Assembly (NCBI RefSeq): GCF_018350175.1
Contig: NC_058374.1
Span: 2,976,001-3,040,000, forward strand
DNA: 64,000 nucleotides
Source: Felis catus
Lineage: Eukaryota
Direction: 5' to 3'
Shown piece after piece: positions 25,286 through 38,891 of the stretch (within the stretch, counting starts at the first letter, position 1; every line of letters begins with the position of its first letter). Under the pieces are notes generated by a model. The model was not told the DNA's origin. It made no database searches and saw only the letters and a list, made by a program, of their open reading frames with translations. The translations under genes were made by a program, and so were the position numbers.

Positions 25286-25437
25286 CGGTTAAGCACCCGA
25301 CTTCGGCTCAGGTCATGATCTCGCGGTTTGTAAGTTCGGCCCCGCGTCAGGCTCTGTGCCGACAGCTCAGAGCCTGGAGCCTGCTTCCGATTCTGTGTCT
25401 CCCTCTCTCTCTGCCCCTTCTCTGCTCATGCCTCCTC

Positions 25438-25471
<34 letters not shown>

Positions 25472-25505
25472 AAAAATAAGTAAACATTTAAAAAATTTTT
25501 AAAAA
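25286..25505 (+). mobile_element. Can-SINE lacking the first ~20 nt
   Basis: Begins at CGGTTAAGCACCCGACTTCGGCTCAGG; (CT)n and A tail present. Confidence 0.94.
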
Positions 25506-27448
25506 GAGAGAAGGGAAATATATTGACAAACATCTAAGTTCATGGGAAGTGGGGAAGAGGCAGGGAAAAGGCTGCCTAGCAAAACAAAATAACAACAAAC
25601 AAACAGAATCTTGTCTTGGGTCTCTATACATCATGATCTACTCCTGACATTAAAAGGATCGTGGTTAACTAAAAACCGATTAAATTTAGTTTCCTGAAAA
25701 GGCCCACAAAGTCCCCTCCATGGCTTCATAGTGAGTAAGTGCCGAGTTAGTTCTAGTTCATGATCAAACCTCACCCGGCAACACCTGCCAGATGCAGCTG
25801 ATATAAAACCAGGTAGAGAAAAGACACACCCTCCAATCAAACTCTGAGGCTGAGAGAACAAGGCGTTTGCTTTGTGATTTGGAAAATGCTGCATTTCATT
25901 TGGGTAGGCTTGAATTAGAGGGTTATTTTCGTTCTTACACACACAGCCCAGCACCGTCCCATCCCTATGTGGCCTCGCAGAAGTGGGGTGCCCCTGAGGC
26001 CGGACGTCCGGACAGAATGACGCCCACAGATTCTCTCCCTGGGCCCTTGGCCAGCCAGCCGGGGTGGGACTGGTCTGCCCCGTGACGTGCTGTGGGGAGG
26101 AGGAAGTGGGCACACGCAGCCCAGCCGGGTCTCTCCCTTCTCTTCCGAGTCATGTGCTCTGCTCCACGGCGTCCCCAGGGGTACAGATTTCCAGCTCTGC
26201 CTGCGACCCGGTGAACCACACCTGCCTTCTTCTCGGGCTCAAGAGCAAACACACAGAGCACAGGCTGCAGTCGCTTGGTCTACACCCGCATTAACCCGCC
26301 ACATGAGTGACCTCTTGCTGTCCACCTGTGTCCCGGCAGCCTCTTCCAGTTGTTTCTACACTGACCCAAGGAGGGAGACGCTACTTTTTGGAGCCTCTCA
26401 AACCATCACGGCATGCGTGAGGAATGTGAGTTCCAAATGGCGATTTCAACTTCGATCTCAGCCTTAAAGAGGTTTTGTTGCAGGGGAACTGACTCCTTTG
26501 TTAAAATAAAACCACCGTCTCACGTGAGGACTGAGGCAACAAAATCTGTTAGATCTTTCTGGTGATTTTTTATCTTTCTGTTGAGGTTTTCACGTTTTGA
26601 ATCCAGCTTCGCTAAATATATTCAAAATCCCCTGTCTTCTGTTTTCTTTGTTTTGTATGAAATAAGCTCTCGATTTAGAAACAACGCAAAATTAACAAAT
26701 AGAAATTCATACAGAGCAAACACATCTAAAGGGCGATGCTTACGTTTGACACATCTAAAGGGCGATGCTACAAGAGCTCTGCTTTGGTTTCCCCAGAGTG
26801 GTACCGGTTTCTGGGCACACGGCCCGGTTTCTTCTCCCCCCCATCCCATTACCTGAGCCCATAAGCAGGGCCATCCCGCCACTCACGGTCGAAAACAGTC
26901 TCCAGGGTACGTGAGACCCTCCTCCCTGTGGGAAAAAACATGCTCTAATACACCGCGATTTCTCCTTCTTGTTTAAGAGGTACTCTTTAATAGGCACATG
27001 CAAAAAAATTATAATGAACACTCAGCATCAACCCTGTGAATAAACTTGTGCAAACAGTCGCTGAAAACTATGTACAGTTCAGTTCTTCTGCCCTGAAGAG
27101 GAAAATTCTGGAAGGAGATGTTCGTACAGTTGGAGAAACACTGCCCCCAACACCACCATCCGGACAGACGTTCACATACTGACTCTGCAGCTCCCGGCAG
27201 GTGGGCGTCGGGTCTGCTGGGGGCAATGCCTGGGAGTTTCCTTCAGACACGATGTCATGAATGGACACTTACCAGAATCAACAATGCCCTTCCCCGTCAT
27301 TCCTTTTTTGTGGCTTTCGCAGAAGAGAAAACTCATGAAATCCTCTTTTGAAGATTGATGGTTAACCAACTGGGGCATATTTTAAAAATCATAAAATTCC
27401 CTAAGATTTGGAGGGAAAACATCTTGGTGATTTTACTCAATAACTTAT

Positions 27449-27640
27449 TTTTTTAGTGTTTATTTAATCTTCTTGAGAGAGAGGGAGTCAGGGGAGGAGG
27501 GACAGAGAGGGAATCCCAAGCAGGCTCCATGCGGTCAGCACAGAGCCCGATGTGGGGCTGGAACTCACGAATGGTGAGATCATGACCTGAGCAGATCTCA
27601 AGAGTTGGACGCTCAACCAGCTGAGCCCCCCAGGTGCCCC
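27449..27640 (-). mobile_element. Can-SINE, older
   Basis: Reverse SINE; degenerate TSD TCAATAACT. Confidence 0.93.
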
Positions 27641-27724
27641 TTTCTTCAATAACTGATTGTCTGGAAGAGAACAAGATGTCGTAAATGTAGCCAAGATCTG
27701 AGATAGGAGGGAGGTGGTTATCTC

Positions 27725-28226
27725 TGTCAAGCTCCAGTCAAGATCCTCATAGTTATATCCTTTCTAAGCCAACATCCTGGCCCAGATCTTTCCTGCTGCC
27801 GAGACAGATCCCTGGGGCCAAGGACCAAGCAGGACTCCTGCCAAGTCTGGACCTGCTGAGGCACACAGGTTGCTGGGGGCTGCCCGGACTTGGGGCCGGT
27901 ACGCTGTGGACACACAGGGTGCTTCACACCCTGTGGAGACGTGAGGGAGAGGGGCTCAAAGATAAATCGTTGTCCCATCTTTCCTGCAGATGGACTGTCT
28001 CGAGATTGTTCACAGGACCCATAGGAAGATGTCTCTGAGACTGAGTGGTCAGCGGCTCTAATGCAGAGCGTGGCCAGCTTGGAAAGGTGTGTCTGATCTC
28101 CCCGCCTGCTTGCCTCCCATCTCCTGTCCTCACTCTCGCTGCCCTGGGTTTGCACTCACCTCTGGCTACAGCGTTAGTGCGTAAGACTTTGCCTCAGCCT
28201 ATTTTCTAGAGAACCCGGTCTAAGAA
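27725..28226 (+). mobile_element. old ERVL LTR (LTR16-like)
   Basis: 3' end CTTTGCCTCAGCCTATTTTCTAGAGAACCCGGTCTAAGA and CTCACTCTCGCTGCCCTGGG resemble the LTR16 family; 5' boundary uncertain. Confidence 0.5.
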
Positions 28227-29609
28227 ACTAATAGTTTTTTAAAGTTTTGTTGTTCAAAGAAAAGCCGGTCTTTTGATAACTGATGTGAAATTGCCCAAAA
28301 CTTACTTATTTGTCAAGTGGAATATCGAAGCACGTGTTTCAGAATTTCTGAAGTTTTTCCCAGAATATGCACACTTTGGAAAGACATGTGAACCATTCAA
28401 GCAGTTTATTAGTCTCTTGTTATCCGTGATGAGCCAATATTTACCATATAATTATTTACAGCTTTGCTAATAATATGGGAACTAATAAAAGTCTTTGTGT
28501 AGGCAGGGTAATTACATCGGGTCATCTTGAAGATTATTAGTTGGCCCCAGCAGGTGTTCATTTCATTTGATTTATATCATTTTTACTTACGTCTGTTACA
28601 TTCTATCAAAGCATGGTAATTATGTAAATAGCAAAGTAAATTCTGCAGAATATCATAAAGTGATAATCATAGGCTTGGTGCACATATGAATAAGGCACTG
28701 GTCCTCTATTTTCATGGTGTAATAAATAAAGATCTGAGAACTATTCCCTATAAGTTATAGAACAAAGACATTGGTAAATGTTACATACACAATACACATA
28801 AGTAGAAAATAAATTAGCAACTCACTTGAAAAATAAATTATTCCATTTATCAATGTAAAATCATTAGGTTTAACCACTTACTTATCGAGGATGTGTGAAA
28901 GAAATATTTTTCTCACGCTTGATTTTAAATTATCAGCTATGATTTTGTGTACCTTTCTTGTTCTCATTGTTCAACGCCAAGCGTAATGTATTTCTGGGGC
29001 GCCAACAACTGATATACGGTCTCAGAAAAATAAGGCTTGCCACAGAGGAGGCACGTTGTATTACATTTCAGATTTAAGTTTTTCACTGTATTGTCAGCAA
29101 CATATTCTGATGTCGATACAGAAGATTTTCCTTTCGTAAACAAAATCGGGTTTTCGTTGGATTCTGTTGGATTCTTAAGGTGAGCTCTTTCCGAGCGCAT
29201 CAAGTGTGGGTTGTAGAGTGAACCTGGGAGATAAGACCGCCACATAGAACATCATCCAAATTCCTCAGCATTATTTTCATCCAGAAAATGAACAATTCCA
29301 TGACAAATAGGATTGGATTACGTTGTCCCACAGAAACCAGGCTATAAATCATCGTTATTAAGTTAGTCAACACATAGATCTGTTTCCATTATCAACAGAT
29401 CACTTATGAGACAAGACAAAAATGAAATAGCTCCTCCTTCAGTCTGCCTTCCTCTTTCCTCCCGCCTCCCACTCACTACTTTATAAAATAACAGTAACTA
29501 TCACTAAATATTCTAAGAATATCTCATGTTCTTCTTGATATTTTTTTTCTAATGGATATTAAGTCAGGTCGCTCGCTGAACCCCAACGAGCCATTAAGAA
29601 TTCCAAATA

Positions 29610-29823
29610 GGGGCACCTGGGTGGCTCAGTCAGTTAAGCGTCCATCTCTCGGTTTCGGCTCAGGTCATGATCTCGTGGTCTCGTGAGTTCAAGCCCCATG
29701 TCGGGCTCCGTGCTGACAGTGCAGAACCTGCTTGGTATTCTCCATCTCCCTCTCTCTCTGTCCCTCCCCGACGTGTGCTGTCTCTGTCTCTCTCAAAATA
29801 AATAAATAAACTTAAAAAAAAAA
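29610..29823 (+). mobile_element. Can-SINE
   Basis: TSD AAGAATTCCAAATA at 29596-29609 and 29824-29837. Confidence 0.97.
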
Positions 29824-30291
29824 AAGAATTCCAAATAAACTTCATCCACTTTGCTAACGCTTGGATACGTCGCATAGCGGGTGTTCATGTCCCCATCCAG
29901 ACCTGCCTTCCTCGACATCAGGGGAAGTGAGGAAAGACTTGGGTGGAAAAAAGTCTGCCATTTTTATAGATCCCCCAAAACTATTTTCAGTTTCTCCTCT
30001 CCTGCAGAATGTCGTCCAGTTTCAGACTCATTTTCAACGGACTCGCCCTCACCTGCTGTGGAGACGCCACTTCTGTTCTGTCCTTCCACACAGAATTAAG
30101 CTACCTTTTCCGCTTACACACTAGCAGTCACTTTATGTCTGAGTTGACATTTACAATATTTAACGTGAGTTGGTGCTCAGGTAACCAGCAATCAGAACAG
30201 ACATCCTACCCAGCCAGAACAAGAATAAGCTGTGAAAAGATCGCACATAAAGATCTCTACCTGGATGCTTTAGACCTCTTTCTTGGAGCTC

Positions 30292-30873
30292 TTTTATGGG
30301 CTGTTTGTGTCCCTCGCACATCCAACCGTTGCATCCTAACCCCCAAGGTGATGTGTCAAGAGGTGGAGACTTTGGGGGATGATGAGGTGGGGGGGGGGTG
30401 TGTGCAACCCCCATGATGGGATTAGTGTCCTCATAAAACAGACCCTGGGGGCTCAATTGGTTGAGCGTCTGACTTTGGCTCAGGTCATGATCTCACAGTG
30501 TGTGAGTTTGAGCCCCGCGTCGGGCTCTGTGCTGACACTTGGAGCCTGGAGCCTGCTTCAGATCCTGTGTCTCCCTCTCTCTCTGCCCCTCCCCTGCTTG
30601 CTCTCTCTCTCTCTCTCTCTCTCTCAAAAATAAATAAACATTAAAAAAAATTTTTTTGAAAGATACCTTGGAGAGTTCCCTTGCCCCTTCCCCCACATGA
30701 GGACACAGCGAGAAAATGTGATCTGTGAACCAGGAGATGGGGTCTCATCCTTCACAGGATCTGCAGGTGCCTTGATCATGGACCTCCAGCCTCCAGAGCC
30801 ATGGGGATTACAGATCTGCTGGTAAAATAACCCAATCTATGGTATTTTTGTTATAGCTGCCTGAACTAAGATA
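30292..30873 (+). mobile_element. MLT1A-like MaLR solo LTR, split by a SINE
   Basis: ATGGGATTAGTGTCCTCATAAAA, GAGGACACAGCGAGAA, CCTTGATCATGGACCTCCAGCCTCCAGA, TCTATGGTATTTTTGTTATAGC. Confidence 0.85.
30444..30660 (+). mobile_element. Can-SINE inserted in the MLT1A LTR
   Basis: CCTGGGGGCTCAATTGGTTGAGCGTC head, (CT)n, AATAAA tail; MLT1 sequence resumes at about 30661. Confidence 0.95.
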
Positions 30874-30929
30874 AGCTGCTATTATTTTTATGTTGTGTTA
30901 TAATTATATTTTCTTGTACCTTATTTCCA

Positions 30930-31075
30930 CAAATGAATTGTAAACTCCTTGAAGAAAGATTCAACACATGCTTATCTTTGTAATATCTAATATGCCTGGA
31001 ATATGAGAGACAGAGAGACAGGAAAAAAAAGAAAAAGAAAAAAGAACATTTTACATAAATATTTGCTAAATGAAT
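30930..31075 (+). mobile_element. LINE-2 3' end remnant
   Basis: AATTGTAAACTCCTTGAAG...ATAAATATTTGCTAAATGAAT. Confidence 0.55.
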
Positions 31076-31235
31076 AGACTGAGCTTCCTCTACGAAATAT
31101 GATTGAGATGTTGGTGGCAATTTCCATTTTAGGAGGGCCAGAGTTGGATCTGATGAAAGAATCCAGTTGTGGTTTGATGATATCCATTCAGAGGAAAAGT
31201 TATTTAAGACATTTACTTCTGGGGGGAGGCGGTGT

Positions 31236-31431
31236 GGGGACGCCTGGGTGGCTCAGTCGGTTAAGTGTCTGACTGCTGATTTCGGCTCAGGTCATGATCC
31301 CAGCGTTGTGGGATCGAGAACCGTGTTAGGTTCTGTGCTGACAGTGCAGATCCTGCTTGAGACTCTCTCTTTCTCTCCCTCTGCCTCTCTGCCCCCCCCC
31401 CCTCTCTCTCTAAAATAATAATTTAAAAAAA
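31236..31431 (+). mobile_element. Can-SINE, older
   Basis: GGGGACGCCTGGGTGGCTCAGTCGG head, C/T tract, short A tail. Confidence 0.94.
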
Positions 31432-32084
31432 GGATTCTTTAAAACATTGATTTGATATCTTGAGAACACAAGCTGAAAACATTTTGTTCTCTGATCTGAA
31501 AGACACTCACGTGTAGGAACATTGCAAGTTGAAATCCTGGTGAATTTACGTGAGCACTTCGGTGACCTAACTCAGCACCCACGTGCCTCCTCTCCGCCAG
31601 GGTGATTTTGCTTATTAATAAGTTTGGGTTTTGAGTCTTCTCATTAAACTCCCAGCATTCAGTATGTTCCACCTCACTGGACAGGAATTCCCACAAAACC
31701 CAGACAATATCAAAGGAGGAGAAACAGCGTGACCATTTTCCTCCTTCCCATCCAGGACGGTAGGTATGTCCCAATTCCAAATGAGGGAGCGCACATCCGT
31801 TTCTACCTTTTGGCGTAATAATCATTTGTTAGGTTTGGCATTTTGGAAGAGCACGAGGAAACAGGATGGGGGAGATGTGATGATGTCTTACCATGTGCAC
31901 GACCCCAGCGTAACCAAAAGCAAGGGGGACGGCACATTCAGCACTCCGTTCCTGCGCCGGGACCCGAGAAGGCACCTGGCGGTGATAACTTTGCGTTTGT
32001 TTTGAGGGGGTGAGATATGGTAGACCTCGATGTGTGTGGTTGCATAATGCTAGAAGGTACTGACGGCCACAAACACTCGTAAAC

Positions 32085-32320
32085 AATTATAATCTGGGTA
32101 ACCGTAGATCACACAGGGTGAGTATAAGGAGAGGAGCTCCCTCGTGCGCACACCGGGGAGAGGAGACGGTCTGCGAGCCAGGAGCGTGCGCTCGCCGGGC
32201 ACACACTCAGCCGCACCTTGACCCCCGACCCCAGGCCCCAGAACCGTGAGCAGCGTGCTTCTGCTGTGTAGGCCTCCTGTCCGTGGTACTTTGGTGTGGT
32301 AGCTGGAACCCACTAACATC
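32085..32320 (+). mobile_element. MLT1 (MaLR) LTR remnant, GC-shifted
   Basis: CACCTTGACCCCCGACCCCAGGCCCCAGAACCGTGAG...GTCCGTGGTACTTTGGTGTGGTAGC is colinear with the MLT1 3' half. Confidence 0.7.
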
Positions 32321-32757
32321 CCAGGGAAGTGCAAACGTAAGACCTCGGTGAGACGTGCTTACCACCGTGCCTCCCACCCAGTACGACTGGAAACCCTGGG
32401 TACTAAGGACAACACAGCAAAAGAAGATTCTGAGGGGAAGAAAAGGCGGTGAGTTTGCAGGGCCGAAAGGAGAACACAGCCACACAGCAGTGACTCCCTG
32501 GGCTTTCCTTATGCCTCCCACACTCCAGACGGTTGCTGAGGAAGCCGATGACCCAGAAACACCACTGGCTGCAAACAGAAGCCTGGAAATGAGCCGCTTA
32601 CCAAGACGGACGTCTCTGACACAGTAATGGCTCCACGCTGGGCAAGCACCGCGGAAAAGCGCCAGGGACGAGGTCAACAGGAGAACGCAGATTAAAACCC
32701 CAACGGACTACCACTGTGCACCTCGAGGACCAGTGCAAACGCGAAACAGCGACAGCA

Positions 32758-32956
32758 GGCGCCTGGGGGGCTCGGTGGGTGAAGCGTCCGACTTCGGCTC
32801 AGGTCATGATCCGGCGGTTCGTGGGTTCGAGCCCCGAGTCGGGCTCCGTGCTGACAGCTCAGAGCCTGGAGCCTGCCTCGGATTCTGTCTCCCTCTCTCT
32901 CTCTGTCCCTTCCCCACTCACACTCCGTCTCTCTCTAAAGTAAAATAAAATAGGAA
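32758..32956 (+). mobile_element. Can-SINE (left flank resembles an old L1 ORF2 remnant)
   Basis: GGCGCCTGGGGGGCTCGGTGGGTGAAGCGTCCG head, (CT)n and tail. Confidence 0.94.
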
Positions 32957-34347
32957 ATGGAAAAAACAGGCGCACCTGCGTCAGGAGTTCAGGGCGCCTG
33001 GTGTTGGCGGGTGCCGGGTGAGCCCTCAGCTCTCCATTGGGACACCAGGCGCCCCTGCTTCTCCCGGGGCTCTGGCTCGGTCGCGAGTGTTGGGAAGGGG
33101 GCTCGGGAAGAAGGCAGAAGAGGGCGGCCAGCAGCTGCCTTTAAGGAAGTGGGTGAGACGGGAACAGCTGATGACAAACCCACAACATGGCCATTGTCCC
33201 TTCAGACAGACGTGCACCTCAGAAGACAAGACTGAGCTTGGCTGCGAGTGTGAACGTGAAACCCAAGTGTGACAGAGAAAGCCCCAAAGGTGGTCGACAC
33301 GCGAGAACTGGAAACCCGGCCCTGAGGCCACTCTGTCTGAACAGCTCAAGCCTTTCACACTCTGGGAGCCACAACACTACGACCCAGCGAGTCCTCGAGA
33401 GGCAGTACCGGTCACCTTCTTTGATCTTACCTTTCATTTGCGAACTTTGACGCTGTCTCACACAGGATGCTTTCCGAAGGCCCCCCACGCTGGAGAAACT
33501 TCTAGAAGCTTCTCTCTGTGTGCGTGAGGAAGCTCCCCATACCTTCGTTGTTCCAGAAACCCGCCTTCTCCTAGTCCCCTGAGGTCACAAGCTCACTGGA
33601 AGGAGGCGCCTGTCTGTCTCATGCCCTGCACATCCTACCATTTCCAGCAGCCCCCAGCGCCTGGTGTGCCTATGTTTACGACGGGCAGTGTACACGCAAT
33701 TCCCTGAGGGGCAGGGGTTGGCACCATCCAGAGCCTCTTAATCATATCCACCTGTGTTATCTGAAGCTTTTTCCCCCAAGCTCACTCTACCCCAGGAATG
33801 GACTGGCCGGGAGCCCTCACTCAGATGCACACACAGAAGGTGAGTCTGTCGAGGTCTGCTGTACAGGGCGGTGTCTGTGGCACTTTGTCTGTGGTACTTA
33901 AACCCAGCTCCACATTCTGCCAGAGACCGGACGGGACCACACATATCCGTGTCTCCGATCTTCCACTCAAGGACGCGCTAAGCTGTTGGAAGGAGTCTTA
34001 GCATGAACCCAAACTACAAGACAATGCAAAACACCTCTCTTGGCATTATAGAGAGAGAATGAGATGAAATTTTATTTATCCTCCGGAACCGACCTCACTA
34101 TGCGTGATAGGAAAACACCTGTGAGAGACTCAGGCTTCATGTGCAGGGAAGTCAATGAGTCCTGCATTGTGTTTACACGTTCTTGTCGCCATAGTTTGGT
34201 CAGTCCACAGAGAACGTGAATCTGAAAAATAAATTGAGACAAGCAGAGTTTGTCGTGTTATACTCGTCCAATGCCACCACCTTTCCTTCACCGGCAAGGA
34301 TCCGAAATTCCTTTCTTGTGTCCGCTAACGAGAAAATAGAGAAAATA

Positions 34348-34565
34348 GGGGCGCTCGGTTGGTTGAGCGTCCGACTCTTGATTTCAGCTCAGGTCTTGGT
34401 CTCACGGTTTGTGAGTTCGAGCCCCACCTCAGGCTGTGCACTGGGCACGGAGGCTGCTTGGAATGTTCACTCTCTCCATGTCTCTCTGCCCCTCCCCTGC
34501 TCATTCTCTATCAAAAATAATTAATTTTTTAAAATCCTTAATTTCTTTAAGAAGAAAAAAAGAAA
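34348..34565 (+). mobile_element. Can-SINE with a small deletion in the head
   Basis: GGGGCGCTCGGTTGGTTGAGCGTCC (CTGGGTGG absent); body and tail present. Confidence 0.93.
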
Positions 34566-37473
34566 AGTGAAGATAACAGTTGCATCAAACAATCAGGAAG
34601 AAATGTTCCTTGGGGGAAAAAAAACAGGAGGAAGACAGTTAATATCTTGTTGCCTGTGTTCTAGAATTTCCATTTCACCTTGAGTTACTTCCCTATGAAA
34701 GTGTGGTGACTGCAGCGGATACACCATCGTCCACGGTCGGTTAGCTCCTCTTCTTGCGGGGGGAGGGTGTCGCGGTGGGGCGTCCGTGGTTGCTGGTCCA
34801 GGACTTGCGATGAAGGCACAGCCATCAGCCGTCTCAGTCTGCACTGAGAGCCGAGCCTTCCTGCCATTGGCAAAGTGCAGACAGGGTTCTCAGACTGTGG
34901 GCACCAGGGGGCTTCTCCGGGGGGAGAAAATTCAGCTCTTCTGATGAGCAAGAAAAAAGTCTTCCTAAAATATTTCCAACTTTGATCTACTTACATTTTA
35001 AGGCATTCCAAAGTACTATCGCTGGGTCACTCTCCGGCTGAGGTGTTTCAAGACCTCCAATGACGCTTACACTGCCTGTTTCTTTTGCTTCTGATAACCA
35101 TGTAATCAGAGCCGTAAGTGAGGGGGGAGGGCCGAACAAAATGCATGCTTGCAGAGCCCTTTGCGAGGCTCAAAATGAGGGCTTTTCACAGTTTAAAAGC
35201 AAAGAAGGGAAGGAGCAAACACACCAGCATAGTGGGTACGCACACACATGTAACTGAGGCCACTCCCCCCTACACACACACACACACACACACAGGGCGG
35301 TGGGGGATGCGGGAGACTGGTGAAATTCTAATGTTATTAACTACAACAAGGGTGGCTTGGTGGGTCGAGTCATTAACTTTGTCTTTTCAATTTTTCACAC
35401 CCGGGCAGGAGAAAGTGTGAAAACCGTTACTTTGCCCCCTTCGCACGGAGGGTAAGTTCTTGTTCTTGATGGTTAAGCATCGTAATTGCAGACTTCCCCC
35501 ACATCTGCTCCGGTATTCGGGGACTCGGGGCCTCACCTCATTCTCTCTCTTTTCAGTTTGCTAGCCAAGAGTACTGGACACGTCCTATTCCCCCAACTTG
35601 ACACCTTAAAAATGAAGCCAGATAAAATTTCATGTGACGTTCGAGGGCTCTTGGTGTGCATTCTGCTTCTGCAGGGAAGCTCCACGTCTTTACCTGGGGA
35701 CCGTCGCCCTGAGAATGGGGACTCTTCCGGCAGGAAGTCACAGCTGCCCCAGCGTCGTGCTCCTCCCGCCGGTGTCACACCTTTGGGTGCCGAGTCAAAT
35801 CCTACCTGGGCAGCAGAGACCAAGGGGCCGCCACACGGGGGAGACAGGAGGGGAACTCCCCCACGTCCAGTATTAAGGTCACTTACTGCCACTAGCCAGT
35901 CCGGGGCTTCCCAGTGCATCTGGCCGCACGGGTGCCCGCGACAGGCACCTGCACACACTTCACGCCTGTACCGAGACCCAGCCCCCCGCCCCCGTGCCGG
36001 GAGGGCCTGCCTATCCTGCGTGTCTCCGTCCACGCTGAAGAGTCACAGAGACAGCAAAGACACAGAAGTTCAGTGACGCTCTTCCTCCCGCCTGCCCGTG
36101 CCGGACCCCGAGCTGCTTACCCTCAACAACCACACACGTCTCTCGGCCTCCCCAAACCTGCCCATCTTGTCCCCGGGCCCAAGGAAACCGCCTCCTTCTT
36201 AGACTCAAGCTCAGCTAACCTCCTGCCTCTGAGACGGTCACTAAGAATACACACTGCCTTGACTCCGCGGTTTGGAGGCGCCCCAAACCCTAGCTTACCT
36301 CTCTCTCTGCTCTCTGCTGCAGGAGTGCCCACGGTTTGCCCACATGCCATCGGCCCCCCGTGCTGGACGCCCAGTCTCTTCGGGAGACCCCAGGTTATGC
36401 CACCCAACAGGGGCTACGTCCACACCACACCTCACCAGTGTCCTACAGCATCCGGCCGGGCTCGGGGTCTTTGAGTCGACCTGGATCTGTATAACCAGTC
36501 TTCTCCCTCACTCTGAACAATTTGCAGAGACCAAGATGTCACTTGCACCATTGATCCAGGCCAGGTTTGGGTTAGCAGCTTGATGGGAGAGCCACAGGAC
36601 CCGGCCGAGCTCCAGGTTAGCAGGTTAGTGATGTGTTGCTGGTCCACACAACCTAATGTTGTTTGTTATTTTTACTAGAGGAAAAATTAGTTAAAAGCAA
36701 TTTAGCTCTTTTTAACGAATTTCCTAGACTTCGCTTTGCCTCTCTTCCAGCGTTGTATAGAGGGTATGGGGGTTGTGATTCGGCATACCGTTTAATCGGT
36801 GAGTTTCATAATACGTATTTTTCCTTAAAAAGATCTTGATGGAACTGAAGGGAAAACGGATACCACTTGGAGAGATGCGATGCTCTGTGTGTCTGCTTGG
36901 GAAATCTTGGGCCGCTCTCCTGCACAGGGGGAAACCGTGTCTTCCTTCAACGGGATGGGAGAAAATGGCTTTAGATTTCGTGCCAGTGATTGTCTTGAAG
37001 TCTAGGTTTAGAAAGAAGGGTGCATGGGTATTGAAATTTTATCATTTTGGCTATTGATCCCCTCCTTCCCTTTGAGGAGTCCCCTTCCCGTAGAGGGGAA
37101 GCAAGGACCGGCCCACCACGGCCGCCCGGGGGGGGGGGGGGGCATGCTGCTTCTCGCCAGTCCTGGCCGGTAGAGCGCGGGGGCAACGCACATTTGTCCT
37201 GTAATCTAGATCTGGGGGTTTCAGTTACAGTAAAGGCAGAGTGACATCTACCTGCCATGACTTCCGTAGAGTGGAGATCCGCGGTGGTAAGTGGCCAGAA
37301 GCAACACAGGGACACAGGAGCCACAGCATAACAGCCCCAACGAGCCCTGCTGGTAGATTCCTTCTTTGCTCGAAACAATCAGAGCCGGGTTTGGTAGTCT
37401 GCAACCAAAGACATGAGCAATCAATTCTACCTGCACTTCGAGATGGGGCATGAATCAGGAAAGGGTTCACATA

Positions 37474-37696
37474 GGGGCGCCTGGGGGTCTCAGTCCGTCC
37501 AGCGTCCGGCTTCAGCTCAGGTCATGATCTCACGGTTCGTGGGTCCGAGCCCTGCGTCTGGCTCTCTGCGGACCGCTCGGGGCCTGGAGCCTGCTTCGGA
37601 TTCTGTGTCTCCCACTCTCTCTGCCCCTCCCTGCTCACTCTCTGTCTCTCTATCTCTCAAAAATAAATAAAGATTAAAAAAATTAAAAAAAAAAAA
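37474..37696 (+). mobile_element. Can-SINE
   Basis: TSD GAAAGGGTTCACATA at 37459-37473 and 37697-37711. Confidence 0.97.
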
Positions 37697-38499
37697 GAAA
37701 GGGTTCACATACAAAGTGAACACGGAGGGAATCAGCTAATGCACGTATCAGAGCAAATTATGGTCTCAGATGCCATCACGAAGTTTTGAGATCAGGAACA
37801 GGGCTGGAAGTCCTTTGCATTAAATATCCCAATTCTCGCATCAACTTGTGCTTTATTTGTCCTCATTCTATAGGTGTATGAGGGGAAGAAAATATGTCAA
37901 TAAACCTTGCTTTGGTAACATTTATCAGAGAAATCCTCTTTGCTATGAAAAACTACATTGCTAACATTTGTATGTTTTGTTTTGATGTTGCCTTTTACTA
38001 TACTTAAATCAGGTAAATATTTTGAAGATACAACACGTTCACGTTATTTTCAGTAGTGACGGTAAAAATACCGGAAGTCAATTATATTTTCTTCTTACAT
38101 GAAAATGAGAGACTATAACTGAAAATCTTGTTAAAAGTGTAACTTATTTTTCCATAGAATTACTGAACAGCATCTTAAAACCCTGTAGGAATTCTCAGAA
38201 AACAACCTTGTTAGAAAAAGCCCATTTCTGTTTTACTACTTCTCAATTTTAAATTATTCATTCTTGCAAAGCATACTTTTACTGCAGTTCATTAATTTTG
38301 GGAATCTATAGGTTTGTAGAACTCGATTTCTTTAATCATGCATGTAAAATTAATTATTAGAATGTTTTTATTTTGCTGATTTCAGCAAGTGTGTGGAGCC
38401 ACACAAGATAGCCTTCAGCAAAATATGTAGCATCTAGCAGAAACAGGAAAAACGATTCTTGTTTTTGCCTTAAAATGAATTTTCTGTTTCAATAACTTG

Positions 38500-38830
38500 T
38501 ATTCAAATCATCAGGGCAAACATATCACTTTATTTTCTTGTGTTCATCTTCTCAGCGGAAAGTTGGAAATAACAATTCTAAAATATTCAACCGCACCATG
38601 CATAATGTAAGCAAGCTTCCTAATCACATGGGCCTGTTTCACAGGTGGAGGCGTATTAATTAAAGGGAATTGTAAGTAAGTCGAGCCCTCGTATCAGTGA
38701 CATTTTCACCATTAAACACAGAGTTTTAAAAAATCTGAAGCGGAAACGATCGCAAGGAAGCACTGCAGCCCGGAGAAATCAAATTTTACTTGGATTCAAG
38801 TGTAGTGATAACGTCTCCGCCTTAAGTGCT
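38500..38830. promoter_or_regulatory. candidate enhancer block
   Basis: Repeat-free; TAATCA, ATTAATTAA, TGACA, CCATTAA and CAGGTG clustered. Inference only. Confidence 0.3.
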
Positions 38831-38891
38831 AATGACATAAAATCCTAGTAAGCACGATTTGAAAATGTTGGTTCCATGTAGTACTATTTTT

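Noticed and set aside
29040-29225. Minus-strand open segment (GSLYNPHLMRSERAH...)
   Set aside because: Weak donor and no recognised homology.
34686-34941. Minus-strand exon-like segment with a polypyrimidine acceptor
   Set aside because: Translation unrecognisable, weak donor, GC-rich context.
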